64,000 nucleotides of DNA from the human T2T-CHM13v2.0 reference genome, Homo sapiens (GCF_009914755.1 NC_060945.1); one strand, 5' to 3'. Numbered from the stretch's first letter, positions 1-14,234 are shown. Program-made: numbers and translations. Notes: generated by a model not told the origin, from the letters alone.

Positions 1-11
1 CTGCTCCCGCC

Positions 12-180
12 CAGCGCTATCCGGCAGAGCTTTCTGTGGATGACTGACGTGCTCCACAGCTGGTATCCAGCAAGGCAGCCACTAACCAGATGTGGCTCAT
101 GTTCCAGGAAATAAGTGTTTAATTTTACTAACTTTGAACTTAATTTTAAATAGGCACCTGAGGTAGGGGGCCGCTATCCC
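12..180 (+). mobile_element. MER3-like hAT-Charlie DNA transposon relic
   Basis: ctttctgtggatga...gcagccactaaccagatgtggct resembles the MER3 consensus. Confidence 0.55.
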
Positions 181-769
181 AGGAAGCACCTCTATCCCTC
201 AGTCCATGCCACACAGGAATCTGGGGAGGGAGAGCTAAGCTGGGGGTACATGGCATGCGGTGTAAGCCTGGCTATAAAGAGAACTACAGGCACCTTTTAA
301 CAAAAAAGTCACTGATGCTCTTGTGCAACCTACAATTGGGAGGCGTTTTAAGTGAGTGTACCATGATCTGGCCCAGGCCAGTTTCTCTACACCTCGTCTG
401 GCAGCTCTGGGGGCTGGCCCAGGGCAGGACCCCTGCCCATCACTTCGACTCTAATCACGATACAGCCTGCATTGAAGTTCATCACCCACGGCAAACTCCA
501 GGGGCCACTCACAAAGACAAACTCCTGGGTCTTTAAAAAAATAATCCAGAAGTACAACTGCATATGCATTCAGTACTAGAAAAAAACATGTATCTTTTCA
601 TATCCAAAACCAGCACTAAGGATGCAATGAATGAAGGAAAAAGATATAGGTTACTGCTATCACCCTGTGCATGTATGTTCTGAGTTTTCATAAGATAACA
701 AGAAGAAAGAGGCATAAATGCAATATGAAATTTTTTGTCATACTAAAAATAAAGAAAGAGCAGAAAACG

Positions 770-965
770 GTGTGGGGGGCACCCTGCCAGCAGGGCATTT
801 TTCTGGGACACCCCATCCCCACCAGCTTCTGCTCCCTTTTACGCTTGCTCTCTGAGAATCCGCTGCTTGAAGAATCCCAAAAGATCAAGGACAAATGGAA
901 ATCAGAGCCAAATTCCCATTTCCCACTCACCTTCCCAAACATACATGGGTTCCAAAGAGAGAAAA
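770..965 (+). repeat. Left arm of ~195-bp inverted duplication
   Basis: Reverse complement of 2462-2654, about 85-88% identical by eye. Confidence 0.9.
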
Positions 966-1647
966 ACACTCGCATGTGAGTTTCAGAAAAAGAGGACAAG
1001 GGCCCAGGTTAGCTGGAAGCCACCACTTCTGAATAAGGGGAATTTCTTCGAATCCACGTGGGCCATTGTCTCCAGCAATAAGCCTCCACACCCCCACGAG
1101 TGTGGGTTCTCCTCAACTTGGCGCTCTGCTGCTAGGTAAAGAGGACTAGAAAAACTTGTCATGACGACTGCCCGCTCATCAAGAGAAGCACTCAGGGTTT
1201 TCCGAATAGTAATTGTAAAAGATAAGAATTCTTAAGAAGAAAATATTAGTTAACAGTCAGAAGGCAATTCTTGACTGCCAATCACTTAAATATCCAACAA
1301 AAGAGAAGTGTCCCAGCAAAATCTAACATCATACAGCTTTAAAGTGATGCCAGAGATAGTAACAGTAGGAAAAAGGCCTAAGATGTGGTGAGCCAGACTG
1401 TGCACACAAAGAAAAGTAAGCAGTAAGATGGGAGGTGCAGCTAGAGCTCCGCTATGCAAAAATGCAGAGTTTAAAACAAACAAACAAAAAAGGAACAGCA
1501 AAGCTACAGCACAGCAAACAGCCTGGCATTCCAGTGGGCGCGGCTGACTGCAGGGCCGCACGAGAGAACTTCCTGGGATGAAGTCGAGGTCTGTAACTCA
1601 GCTGTGGTGGTGCTTATACAACTGTAGACACTCAAAAGTCTCTAAAC

Positions 1648-1935
<288 letters not shown>

Positions 1936-2017
1936 GTCTCTGAACTGTACACTTAAAATTGTTGAGTCTTACTGAATGTAAACTATATGTCATCAGTGCT
2001 GGTTTTTAAAATACAGG

Positions 2018-2325
2018 GGCCAGTGAGGTGGCTCATGCCTGTAATCCCAGCACTTTGGGAGGTTGAGGCAGGTGAATCACTTCAAGTCAGGAGTTCAACA
2101 CCAGCCTGGCCAACATGGCAAAACCCCATCTCTACTAAAAATAAAAAAATTAGCTGGGCATGATGGTACATGCCTGTAATCCCAGCTACTGGGGAGGCTG
2201 AGGCAAGAGAATTGCTTGAACCGGGAGGTAGAGGTTGCAGTGAGCTGAGATTGGGCCACCACATTCCAGCCTGGGTGACACAGCAAGACTCTGTCTCAAA
2301 AAAATAAAATGAAATTAAAATAAAA
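2018..2325 (+). mobile_element. Alu (S-type)
   Basis: Dimeric Alu with A-rich tail. Confidence 0.93.
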
Positions 2326-2461
2326 AATACTAGAAAATGCGAATCAAATGGCAACAGCAGTTGAGTTAGAACAGTGATGCTATATGCGACTGAACAGTTT
2401 CCCCAATGTTATAAAATGTGTTTGTATTTTACTCTTTTCACCAGAAAGGTGATTTTGAAAA

Positions 2462-2654
2462 TTTTCTCGTTGGAACCCATGTGTGTTTGAGAAGGTGAGT
2501 GAGAAATGGGACTCTGGCTCTGATTTCCATTCGTCCACGATCTTGTGGGATTCTTCAAGCAGCGGATTCTCAGAGCGAGTCTAAAAGGGAACAGAAGCTG
2601 GTGGGGACGGGATGTCCCATAACAACGCCCTGCTGGCATGGTGCCCCCCCACAC
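2462..2654 (-). repeat. Right arm of ~195-bp inverted duplication
   Basis: Reverse complement of 770-965. Confidence 0.9.
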
Positions 2655-2713
2655 TTTCCTCCTGGTGCCCCCCCACACTCTCCTCCTGGTGCCCCCCCCA
2701 CACTCTCCTCCTG
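2640..2713. repeat. ~24-bp tandem repeat x3 (GGTGCCCCCCCACACTCTCCTCCT)
   Basis: Direct inspection. Confidence 0.9.
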
Positions 2714-2837
2714 GGCCTCATGCTCTCTCCCATGAAGATCCAGGATGTTTCTTCGGCTGCCCCCTCCATCTGTCAGCAGGTTCAGGTTCTTGTAAAGAAA
2801 GAAAATCAATCTTAATGTGAGCTCAAGAACAAGTTAA

Positions 2838-3140
2838 GGCCAGGCACAGTGCTTCACGCCTGGAATCCCAGCACTTCGGAAGGTGGGAGGATTGCCCGAA
2901 TCCATGAGTTCAAGACCAGCCTAGGCAACACAGTGAGACCCATCTCTACTAAAAATAAAAATTAAAAAAATTAGCTGGGTGTGGTGGCACATCCCTGTGG
3001 TCCCAGCTACTAGGGAGGCTGAGGTGGGAGGATCACTTGAGCCCACGAGGGCGGCTGCAGTGAGCCACGATCATGCCACTGCACTCCAGCCTGGGCAACA
3101 GTGCCAGACCCTATCTCAAAAAACTACAAAAAAAGAAAAA
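2838..3140 (+). mobile_element. Alu (J-type)
   Basis: Dimeric Alu with ggatcacttgagccc. Confidence 0.9.
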
Positions 3141-5169
3141 GATGGAACTAGAAAAGTAAAATCCACTACCAGAAAAAAATAATAAGTTACTTTTAAAGAG
3201 ATGTGTTACTGCTCCTTCAGTACAAAACCAAAGTTTTCTCTGTATTTAGAAGACGGCGCCACTGATCTGCAAAACTGACTGATTTCTACACGAAGATGCA
3301 TGTTTGGAGCAAATCAAAGAGACAGAATTAAGTCACTGAGTCTTAGGATCTCTCACGCTCACCAGGAAAGACTCGGCCACCACAATAAGTAATTTACAGG
3401 AAGACGGTTCCTGGGTTCGTCGGCTGCCAATACGGTTCTAGGAGCACACCAATGGCCCCGGAGGCCACTCACATCACTCTGCCTACTCCCACTGGGCCAG
3501 AGGTACAACAATGCCACAAAAGGCCTCCTTTTCTCCCACCATGCAGCAGCGTTCTCTCTGGGAGTGTCCACCCCAGAGGGCACGTCACTGAGCAGGAGTG
3601 GAATTACGCAGTTACCCTAGAACTCCAGTCCTTCACGTATCCAGTCTGAACAGTGAGAACTGGGCAAGCGGCCAGCTTTCTGGATGTTTCTAGCCTCTCT
3701 TCGAAGGTCTTGTTATCTATCGAGATACTCATTTCTGAGACGCAGGCAGCGTTGGGCTCCAGTGCATAGCTTCAGCTGGGTGAGGTGCTCGACACACACT
3801 CAGACTCTGGTGGGCCCTGGGTGCATTGGGCGGGCAGGGCTCTAGAAGCGCCACTGTGCCTCGAGAGGGACCCCTGGCAGGGTCAGGGAGGAGGGGCTCA
3901 GGGGAAGGAGCCAGATAGGTGGCAGAGGGTGAGAGGCAGTGTGTGTGTGGCGGGGGCGCTGACGCAGCTGCAGAGGGTGACAGGCAGCGTGTGTGTGAGG
4001 AGCAGGTGTTGACGCGGCTGCTGGCTTGCCATTTGAACAATCAGCAGGTGGACCCCAGGGAAAGTTCCCCAGGGCAGCCGGCAGCACTTCAAGGGCCAAG
4101 CCAGAGCTCAACAGGGGGCTCTCTCGGGAAGGAAAGGGAAGGAAGGACCCAACCAGCCAGTGAGTGGAATCGCCATGTTCACTACCTCTCCAGAAATAAC
4201 TGCTTGCCATTTGTCCCCAAACACAAGTGACCATCCTAAAAAGCATTTCTGAAATCTAAGAGTAACTAAGTTGTTTATTTATTTCCCCAATTAAAAACCT
4301 TGTTTAGGTTTAAGCTATGCTCAGGTGACCATACGTTCCCATTTACACAGACTGTCCTGGTAGAATTATTACAAGTGTCCTTTTATTCTGAGAGGTTTTA
4401 GGGAGGAATGGGAATTACCCTAGGATCTCCGAAATCAGAGGCGACTCTGTTCGACACCACAGTCCCAGGCTGACTTCATTTAAATCTACTGTTTCAAACT
4501 CAGCTCCAGATTGAAGGGTCTCCAGCAGGTAAAATGAATACGAAACACCTGTAGCTCCAATAAGGCGTGGCAACCTTTGCTTTGACCTTAGCCTTGAGGG
4601 TGGTGAGGGCATCCCCCAGGATACAAGCTGACAAGGGGGTAAACGGCCAAGGCCGGCATCTCAGAACCCAAACCCCGGCGTGGCTGCAGTCTGGGCTGGC
4701 CGTGGGCACACGTGCTGCCAGCTGCCTAGGCCTTCAGGAATTCCAGACACAAGGAGCCCAGGTCCCGAAGATCACAGTTACTTGGGCTCTGCTCAGAGAG
4801 CCCAGCCTCGCAGGACTTGGAAATGGCCCCTGACCCAGCAGGCACCACCACAGGGGCCTCCCTTGTGCTGGGCCAGGCCAGGCACCTGGTTTTGGCAAAG
4901 CCACGAGGGTGGGGCTAGGAGCAGCTGGGTGAAGAGCAGTGGGTTTCTCCAAGTTCTTTTTGTCCTTTTCATTCTTAAACATCTCCCCACAAAGCCACAG
5001 TCTTTCTCTGCGAAGGGTGCGAAGCCCCCAGTACACTCAGCTCACTTTACCAACCTGGCCGAAGAGGACGCCGCCACCGCTGCAGGCCCCAGAGGGAGCC
5101 GCCTGGCTCCTCACCAACCCTCCCCAGCAGCATCCCCAGCGGCCCCTCTCCACCCAGCCCTCACATGGC

Positions 5170-5570
5170 CCATAGTGGGTTCAATAGTGGCTCCCCAAAA
5201 TTCACATCCACCTACCACCTTTGGGAGAGGATGTGTGCAGATGTCATCAAGTTAAGGTGAGGTCATGCTGGACTGGGGAGGCCTGAATCCAATGACGGGT
5301 GGTCTTATGAAGAGATGACACAGAGACATGGGAGAGAAGACAGGCAGAGACTGGAGTAACACAGCCATAAGCCAAGGGACACAAAAGGCTACTGTGCCAG
5401 CCACCACCAGAGGTTGGGGAGAGTCCCGGGACAGATTCTCCCTCAGGGTGCCCAGAAGGGACCAGCCCTGCTGACACCCTGACCGTGGGCGTGTGGCCTC
5501 CAGCACTGCGGGAGGCACATTTCTGACGTGAAGGCACTGGGTTGCTGGTGTTTTATGGGGGCAGCGCAGC
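5170..5570 (+). mobile_element. MLT1-type MaLR solo LTR
   Basis: gcagatgtcatcaagttaaggtgaggtcat...aagccaaggga...ggcctccagcactg. Confidence 0.75.
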
Positions 5571-6414
5571 GCCGGGACACTCCCACACAGCCCATTGTGG
5601 ACCTGGGATTAGGGACAACCAGGGGCATTTTACAAAGCCTCAATCATACTGACAAACAGGACAGACCAGAACCTTCCAATATGTTAAGAATCTTAAGCTA
5701 CCGAGCTACTAATATTTTGGATTACACTGCATTTATAAAACAAGGAAACAATGCTCGTATGAGAATCAGGTCATTTGGGAGGGGGGTCAGGAGAGTCAAT
5801 ATCTATTTCGCCCCCTTGAGCAAAGAATCTTCATGGCAACATTAAATAACATTTGCTCCCCTGGGTAGTGTCAGCTTCGGCAATATGAAATTGCTGTTTT
5901 GCAGGTCAAAAGACATCAAATACCAGGAATTTCATAGAGTTTCTTCAGGTTTTATGAGGAGGATCTATGTCAAAAAGACCCATAACATGGATGAGAAAGA
6001 TTTAAAATTCAGCAGCCCCGCTTGATGGGCAAAGTGATGCCCTGACCCCGGCTTAGCAGGACAGGCACTGTGACCCGCTTTTTCAGCAGGAATGCTAGAT
6101 TTGGGCAGATCACGCACATAACCTTCACTAGGGCTTTCTTTGAACACGCATGCACACACACACAGGTATGCACACGCGCGCACACACACACTGCCCCCAA
6201 ATCTGGGAGGAGGCCATTGCACGGTGAGCAGCAACACTGGAGCCGGGTGCCATGGACCAATCCTGATTTCTTCATCTACTCCACTGTGACCTGGGGTCAG
6301 TTCCTTAACCTCTCTGTGCTGTTTCCTCCGTCCAAAGACAGGGCTAGTACCCCAGCCTCATAGGATTAGGAGGATGGGTCACTCACTGCACGTAGCCCCC
6401 AGGGCAGAGCTAAG

Positions 6415-6735
6415 CAGTCATGCGCCATGTGACAAGGTTTCAGTCAAAGACAGTGGTCCCATGAGATTCTAATACAGTATTTTTCCTCTATTACTTTGTC
6501 TATGTTTACATAGACAAATACTGACCATGTGTTACAGTTGCCCACAGCATGCAGTACAGTCACATGCTGGACAGGCTGGTAGCTAGAACAGGCTACACCA
6601 TACAGCCTGGGTGTGTAGCAGGCCAGGCCATCAAGGTGCGCGAGAGTGCGCTCTACCATGCACTCATGACAATGCCATCGCCCCAGGACACATTTCTGAG
6701 AATGTATCTCTGTTGTTAAACACTGCCTCACTGTG
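6415..6735 (+). mobile_element. Tigger3/MER7-like TcMar element
   Basis: cagtcatgcgcc terminus; tacaccatacagcctgggtgtgtagcaggc. Confidence 0.7.
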
Positions 6736-6952
6736 TTAACTTGTGTTACATCCACGTGCCCAAACTGACCAAGGATGTTTAAAACAAGCAGAAAGACAGA
6801 CCCGACTCTCCACTCCTCCACTCTCCGCATCCCAGCAGCTGGCCCAGCCCAACCCATCTCATCAGTGTGGGGTCAGCACAGAGCCAAGGGACCATAACCC
6901 CTTCGGCGAGGCACAAGGGAAGGTGGGCTCTGGATCGGGGGCCGCCACATAC

Positions 6953-7205
6953 CGTGGACGCCAGAGCCGGCCTGCTTCAGCATGGGCTTGTCCATCTTCT
7001 TGGCATAGAAGGCCGCATACCACACGCGCAGCTCGGTACCCGGGGGGATGTCTCTGGAGGTGGTGAAGTACACGTCGCTGCCGTGCTGGTAGGCCGTCAG
7101 GTTCTGGTGCTCGGCCTCCGCCGCTGGCCGCACCAGCATCATCCAGTTGCAGTCATCCTCGTTGGAGGTGTCGAAGCACACGGGGTGCCCGTCCTTCTGG
7201 AACAC
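6953..7205 (-). CDS. PRDM15: PRDM15 exon 5, PR/SET domain C-part (VFQKDG...NWMMLVRPA...EHQNL...ELRVWY)
   Basis: cag|GTG...G|gtatg, 253 nt. Contains the NWM, QNL and ELxVWY PR-domain hallmarks. Confidence 0.96.
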
Positions 7206-8270
7206 CTGAAGGTGAGTCGGCCCATGGAGAAGCCGGGGAAATGGCTGATTACCCATCTGTGTATCAGCGTGTGGGGGGCAGGTGCTGAGGAACCCATCTA
7301 GACAGTGCCACGTCAGAGGCCATAAGGGCTCCTGTACGGGATGTTGAGGTGTTTACAATAGTGAGGAGGGTCACAGGTAGACCATGTGGTTTGGACGGGT
7401 CAGGTTAGTCACAGGCAAAAGGAAGCAGCAGACACAGCCAGCGGTCTATGTGTCATTGGGATACCTGAGTGTTACTCACGGCCCAGGTGCGGAACTCAAG
7501 TTCTAATCAGGTTCTAGTGGGCATGGGGACACCAAAGTTCTAGTCCTGGTCCAGGTGGGCTTTGAGCTACCTGAGCTTCACTCCCAGTCCACGTGTCACG
7601 GGGACACCTAAGGCTCTCCAGATGGCCCACTGGGAACTGGGACACAGTTCTACTCCCAGCTCCGCCACAGGGTGCTGGGCTCCTCAGGCTTTATGAGCTG
7701 CCTCCCCATCTATCAAACAGCACTATTGCTTTATGGATTAAATGCAGGCAGGCAGCAGGGAGAAAAACTTACGTATTTTGAAGTTCAAATCAACCACATG
7801 ACTATAGGAGGGTTTTGTTCCTTATTTTCTGATGTCATGGTCTCTTCCTCCCTGCAGGAAGAGAGCTCTCCCCTCTCCTAAGCTTCTCCTAGAGAGGCCT
7901 CTCCAAAGACGGAGCCCTTGGAAGTGAGAGGCAGGGGTGGGGGACCACCAGGCACCTAATGACCACCAGCTGCTGAGGAAGGTGTGCTCCCAGCTGGCGG
8001 CACGCTCTCTCTGGTGGGCACAGAGGAGCTGAACGCTGGTGCATGCACTGAGAACAACCCAGTACCAGGCGATGACCTTCAGAATCGCGTAGCTGAAGGA
8101 CCACCAAAATGGGCACAAAAGACTTCTTTAAAGGGGCCTCGCCCCCAACCGTGCACCCACACCAACTGTGTACATCGACCGGATGGGTGCTGCAAAGGAC
8201 AGGCAGGTAGCCAACGGCCTTTCTGAGGCTGTTTTAAGCATTGTTACATATTTCTTCAACTTAAAACAGC

Positions 8271-8540
8271 CTTTTCTTTCCTTCCTTCCTTCCTTTCCTT
8301 CCCTCCCTCCCTCCCCTCCCTTCCTTCCTTTCCTTCCTTCCCTCCCTCCCCTCCCTCCCTTCCTTTCCTTCCTTCCCTCCCTCCCCTCCCTCCCTTCCTT
8401 CCCTCCCTCCCCTCCCTCCCTTCCTTTCCTTCCTTCCCTCCCTCCCCTCCCTTCCTTCCCTTCCTTCCTTCCCTCCCTCCCCTCCCTTCCTTCCTTCCTT
8501 CCCTCCTTCCCCTCCCTCCCTTCCTTCCTTCTTTCTTTTG
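8271..8540. repeat. Pure polypyrimidine (CCTT/CCCT)n tract
   Basis: About 270 bp with no purine on the + strand. Confidence 0.95.
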
Positions 8541-9321
8541 TAAACAAATCAAGTGCCTTTCCTTCTTCCCCCCTTTTTGCTGAAATCTGCCTTACAAGCT
8601 CAGCTTTCCAAAGGACTTCCAAAAACCCAAGCTTGTTGACTTCATCTGCCTGTCCTAAGACAAGCAGATCCATTTCAAGGGTCTCTAAGAAAAGTTTGCT
8701 GACTAACAACCCATTCCTCATTTGTTTATTTCACAGATATTTCTGAAGACTGGCTGGCTTGGGGTACGATACAGAGGGCAGGCATGGCAACAGTCAAAAA
8801 CCAGCCTCGCCTGGCCTCATAGCCTTCCAGAGGGCTCATTTTTTACTTATTCTAAAGCCTGCCTTGCAATTTACATACATCTTAGTTTTCTCGAGTTCAC
8901 ATCAAAGTAGAGAACCACTGTCTTCTCTCAGTCTGATGTGCTTTTTAGAACGGCCAAACTTCACACTATTGCCCAATGTCTCATCACTGCCTAAACAAAC
9001 ACCTTCCCTTTGAAAGAGGTTTGCAAACTACCATACGCTCTGCACAGGTGTGGAAATAACTAGAGCGATGGGCCCCTGCAAGACGCTGCCTCGTAAAGCC
9101 TGCGACAGCAATGGAGGTCGTAAGACAGCTGGAGTCAGCATTTGGGTTTCTCCTGCATATGTCTTAAACACACTCTTTAGTGTTCTGCAAAATTGAAAAT
9201 TACAAAATACTAACTTAATATCGATGCTCTTGCAATGTAAAAAGAAACATTTTCTTGGAAATTAAGCAGACCTACAATATTTGGAGCTGTTTTTGAGGCA
9301 TTTATAAATCATGGAAACTCA

Positions 9322-9579
<258 letters not shown>

Positions 9580-9700
9580 TCAAAAGAGAGCACTCACACC
9601 CAGGGACCGACTCGTTAAGATAACCTAAAAGCTCGCCCTCACTGACCGCCAGGGTTCTTCGGAAATAAAATTCTCCAGGTGATAAAATAGAAGCCTTCCA

Positions 9701-10005
9701 GGCCAGGCTTGGTGGCTCACGCCTGTAATCCCAGCATGCACTTTGGAAGGCCAAGGTGTGAAGACTGTATAAGCCCAGGAGTTTGAGACCAGCCTGGGCA
9801 ATATGGTGAAACCCTGTCTCTACAAAAAATACAAAATATTAGCTGGACATGGTGGCATGTGCCTGTAGTCCCAGCTACTCGGGAGGCTAAAGCAGTAGGA
9901 TGGCTGAACCTGGGAGTTTGAGGCTGCAGTGAGCCAAGACTGTGCCACTGCACTGTAGCCTGGATGACAGCACAGGACCCTGTCTCAAAGAAAAGAAAAA
10001 AAACA
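9701..10005 (+). mobile_element. Alu (J-type)
   Basis: Dimeric Alu with TSD agaagccttcc on both sides. Confidence 0.92.
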
Positions 10006-10499
10006 ACAGAAGCCTTCCTAATAGGTGCTCAATGATGACTGAGACTGAGGTTGTGATGATGCCCTCGGGCTGTGGCAAACTACCCATAATCTTGTGGCCT
10101 TAGCTACACAAGGCCGACCACAGGGCCCTGGTGAGATTCACCCAGAGCACACCATGGCGGGGCTGTGCACTGAAGGATGGGTTTAATTCCCCGTGGGAAA
10201 GACAGTGCCAACAGGTGCATCCCTGGTGGGGCTGCTACGGGACAGAACAGGGTCAGACTGGTATGGGGTCCAGCGATGGAGGAGGGATCACAGGGAACTC
10301 GCTGCTGAGGAGCCATATGAAGAGCACCCCGAGAAAGACGCAAGGGCCATGGAAGTCCCAAACAGAAAGGGTTTCCAGCCAAGTGGAGCGGGCCAGTTTC
10401 ACTGAGGATGTGACCTCTTTAACTGAAGTAGAAGAATGTCAAGGACTGGGGTCTGGGGAGGAAGGCATAGGAGCCGGGACGAGCCCAGGACACGTCCAG

Positions 10500-10867
10500 G
10501 ACAGAGGCGGACATGGGGTCCCCAGAGCACAGGCCCCTCGGACAGAGGCGGACATTGGGTCCCCAGAGCACAGGCCCCTCCGACAGAGGCGGACATTGGG
10601 TGCCCAGAGCACAGGCCCCTCCGACAGAGGCGGACATTGGGTGCCCAGAGCACAGGCCTCTCCGACAGAGGCGGACATGGGGTGCCCAGAGCACAGGCCC
10701 CTCCGACAGAGGCGGACATTGGGTGCCCAGAGCACAGGCCCCTCCGACAGAGGCGGACATTGGGTGCCCAGAGTACAGGCCTCTCCGACAGAGGCGGACA
10801 TGGGGTGCCCAGAGCACAGGCCTCTCCGACAGAGGCGGACATGAGGTGCCCAGAGCACAGGCCCCTC
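10500..10867. repeat. 41-bp GC-rich minisatellite, 9 copies
   Basis: GACAGAGGCGGACAT recurs at 10500, 10541, 10582 ... 10828. Confidence 0.95.
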
Positions 10868-11256
10868 AGGGCGGGCAGGAGGCCGCTGAGACAAGGAGCC
10901 AGCACGGAGGGTCTGACTGCAGGACCAAGGGTTTCAGCTGAATTTTCATGGGCAACAGGCAGTCCCTGAGGGTTCTGGGGAAGAGGGGGGTTGATGGGAA
11001 GAGGGGGGTTGATCTACTGTCTACTTTAGGCCAAAACATTAATCTCTTTGAGTCACACTAAGAAAAAAAAATAAATGAACGGTGTTGTGGGGCAGTGGGG
11101 AGGCTCCTGGAAACAGTTCTGGAAAGACGGCGGCCACCTGTGCAGCGGCAGCACGTGCCAGGTACCATCACCCACAACACCACAACCACCCCACGGGAAC
11201 TGCCATCCTCTACAGAGGCCACCGAGGTCCGGAGAGGAGTGCCTTGTCCAAGCTCA

Positions 11257-11583
<327 letters not shown>

Positions 11584-11817
11584 CTAAGAACCCTGGAGTG
11601 GATCAAAGAAACTCACTCTGGAGCTTTGAAGCACGTGTTTTGGTGTGTCCCGGCAGCAACGCTGCTCAGTTCACAGTGGGAGCGGAATCGCTGGCTCTCA
11701 CTCAGAGTGCCTCTGTTCTCCCTCAGGCTCCTTCCTCCCCGTCTGCAGACCCAAAGGCCACTAGGCTCCTGCCGCAGCTGGCATATGGAAGGCCCGGGAG
11801 CTCACGGCGGTCACTCA

Positions 11818-11958
<141 letters not shown>

Positions 11959-12553
11959 CTAAAGAACACAAACCTGGGAAATGGGGACCCTGGCCCCATG
12001 AGGGTGACCCAGAGTCATGAGACACATGCATGCCGACACTGCAAAGACAAGCAAGGGAGGGTGCATTGGATGGCAGAAGGCCTGTGTCCCGAAGGCCTCT
12101 GTCAGCACTCGTGCACACATGAGGAGTGCAAAGGCAGGACACGCCCCCAGGGAAAGCTCTAGCTCCGCCGCACGCCTCAAATCAAGCACGGTCACCTCCA
12201 TGGTGACGAAGACCAAGACCCTCCCCAAAGAATGAGCATAAATGAAAATGGCCAATGTTAGCAGGTTCATCCCTCCTGCCTAGCCCTGGATTACTTTTCT
12301 GAATCAAGTGCTACCCCCTGCAAAGTGCCCTCGGCCAGGAGTTCTGAGAAAGGTGATCCTATTAAAACCATACCCCTGTAGTGTACTGCTTATTAAATAA
12401 ATGTTTCATAGGGAAATTTTAAATATATAGCTTTTCTATATTATAAAAACCAAATGTAGACGTGGCTTTGCCCAGACAGCAAGCGCCACGCCCATCTGTG
12501 TTCTATGACATAGGGCTGGTCTCGGACCTGGGACAGGTCCCTGGGTCACTTAC

Positions 12554-12599
12554 AGATGAACATGATCTCTTCGCTCCCATCTTCAGCCATCTCTGACAC
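12554..12599 (-). CDS. PRDM15: PRDM15 exon 2 (VSE-MAEDGSEEIMFI; main start ATG at 12590)
   Basis: cag|GTGTCAGAGATGG...ATCT|gtaagt. 46 nt, ends in phase 1. ATG has G at -3 and G at +4. Confidence 0.92.
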
Positions 12600-12649
12600 C
12601 TGTCAGGATACAAGAGAGCCTCATTAATGACAAGCTCTTACCAAAATAC

Positions 12650-12947
12650 TTTTGTTTTGTTTTTGAAATTGAGCTCCCTCTGTTGCCCAGGATAGATAGA
12701 GTACAGTGGCAGGATCTTGGCTCACTGCAACCTCTGCCTCCCAGGTTCAAGTGATTCTCCTGCCTCAGCCTCCTGAGTAGCTGGGACTACAGGTGTGAGC
12801 CACCACACCCAGCTAATTTTTGTATTTTTAGCAGAGACGGGGTTTCACCATGTTGGCCAGGCTGGTCTCGATCTCTTGACCTTGTGATCCGCCTGCCTCG
12901 GCCTCTGAAAGTGCTGGGATTACAGGTGTGAGCCACCGTGCCTGGCC
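12650..12947 (-). mobile_element. Alu (S-type)
   Basis: Reverse Alu with TSD ctcttaccaaaata. Confidence 0.93.
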
Positions 12948-12984
12948 TCTTACCAAAATAATGTTTAAAGACAATTCCTACTAA

Positions 12985-13540
<556 letters not shown>

Positions 13541-13789
13541 TGAGGTTCACCTCCAGAAACACTTGCATAGTGGGTAGATGAGCATAAACTGACACCCCCC
13601 ACACACATATATTCACAGGGTGGATCTAGACATTGTTCATTCTGGGGCCTCACATTCCTGGGCTGTAAAATGGAAATAAAAACACCCACCTCATGCAGTT
13701 TGGGAGGAGCATAAAGTGAGATACACACAGTATGTGCCACCAAATGATTATTCCTCCTCTGCCCCCCCGCAATCCCCAACTGTGCGCAC

Positions 13790-13978
13790 CGGCATGTCCT
13801 TCCTGCAACCTGCTTCTCTGATGCCCGTTGCTGAGTGGTTTAGGAAAGTGTGCATGCTGGCACTTCTTGAATGCTGATTCCACACGCCCTCCACCCCGCT
13901 CATCCCCAGCAGCTTGAAGGGTGAAAAGCAGACCGTGCAAAACTCATATGGAAACTCACAGTCACTGAACTTGTGTGT
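13790..13978 (-). CDS. PRDM15: PRDM15 long-isoform model exon (THKFSDCEF...RKDMP)
   Basis: cag|ACA...CCG|gtgcgc, 189 nt, phase 0 into exon 2. Confidence 0.4.
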
Positions 13979-14151
13979 CTGAGAGCAGTGCCGGGTTGAA
14001 AACTTCAAGTTAGGAGAGTGAGTTAGCTACAAGGAAGTGAGGCAGAGGAAAGAGAGTTCCAATTTGCCCTTAAAATGCCAGAAATAACAAGGGGAGGGGG
14101 GTGAAATTTTCTCCCAAAACAGCACTGTATCTTCTTTTCCTGGGAACACAC

Positions 14152-14234
14152 ATTCACGTTCAAAGGTATCTCGTGCGGCTCTAGCAAGTGTGACTCAGTT
14201 TCATAGCCGCATTCGGCCTTGCCTGCCCCAGTTC
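14152..14234 (-). CDS. PRDM15: PRDM15 long-isoform model exon (GTGAGKAECG...PLNVN)
   Basis: acag|GA...AAT|gtgtgt, 83 nt, phases fit. Confidence 0.4.

Noticed and set aside
8128-8746. 192-197 aa ORFs rich in P/S/L/F or G/R/E/K
   Set aside because: These are translations of the CCTT simple repeat.
10131-10969. Repetitive ORFs and a CRISPR-like periodic array
   Set aside because: A head-to-tail 41-bp minisatellite with no unique spacers, in a eukaryotic intron.
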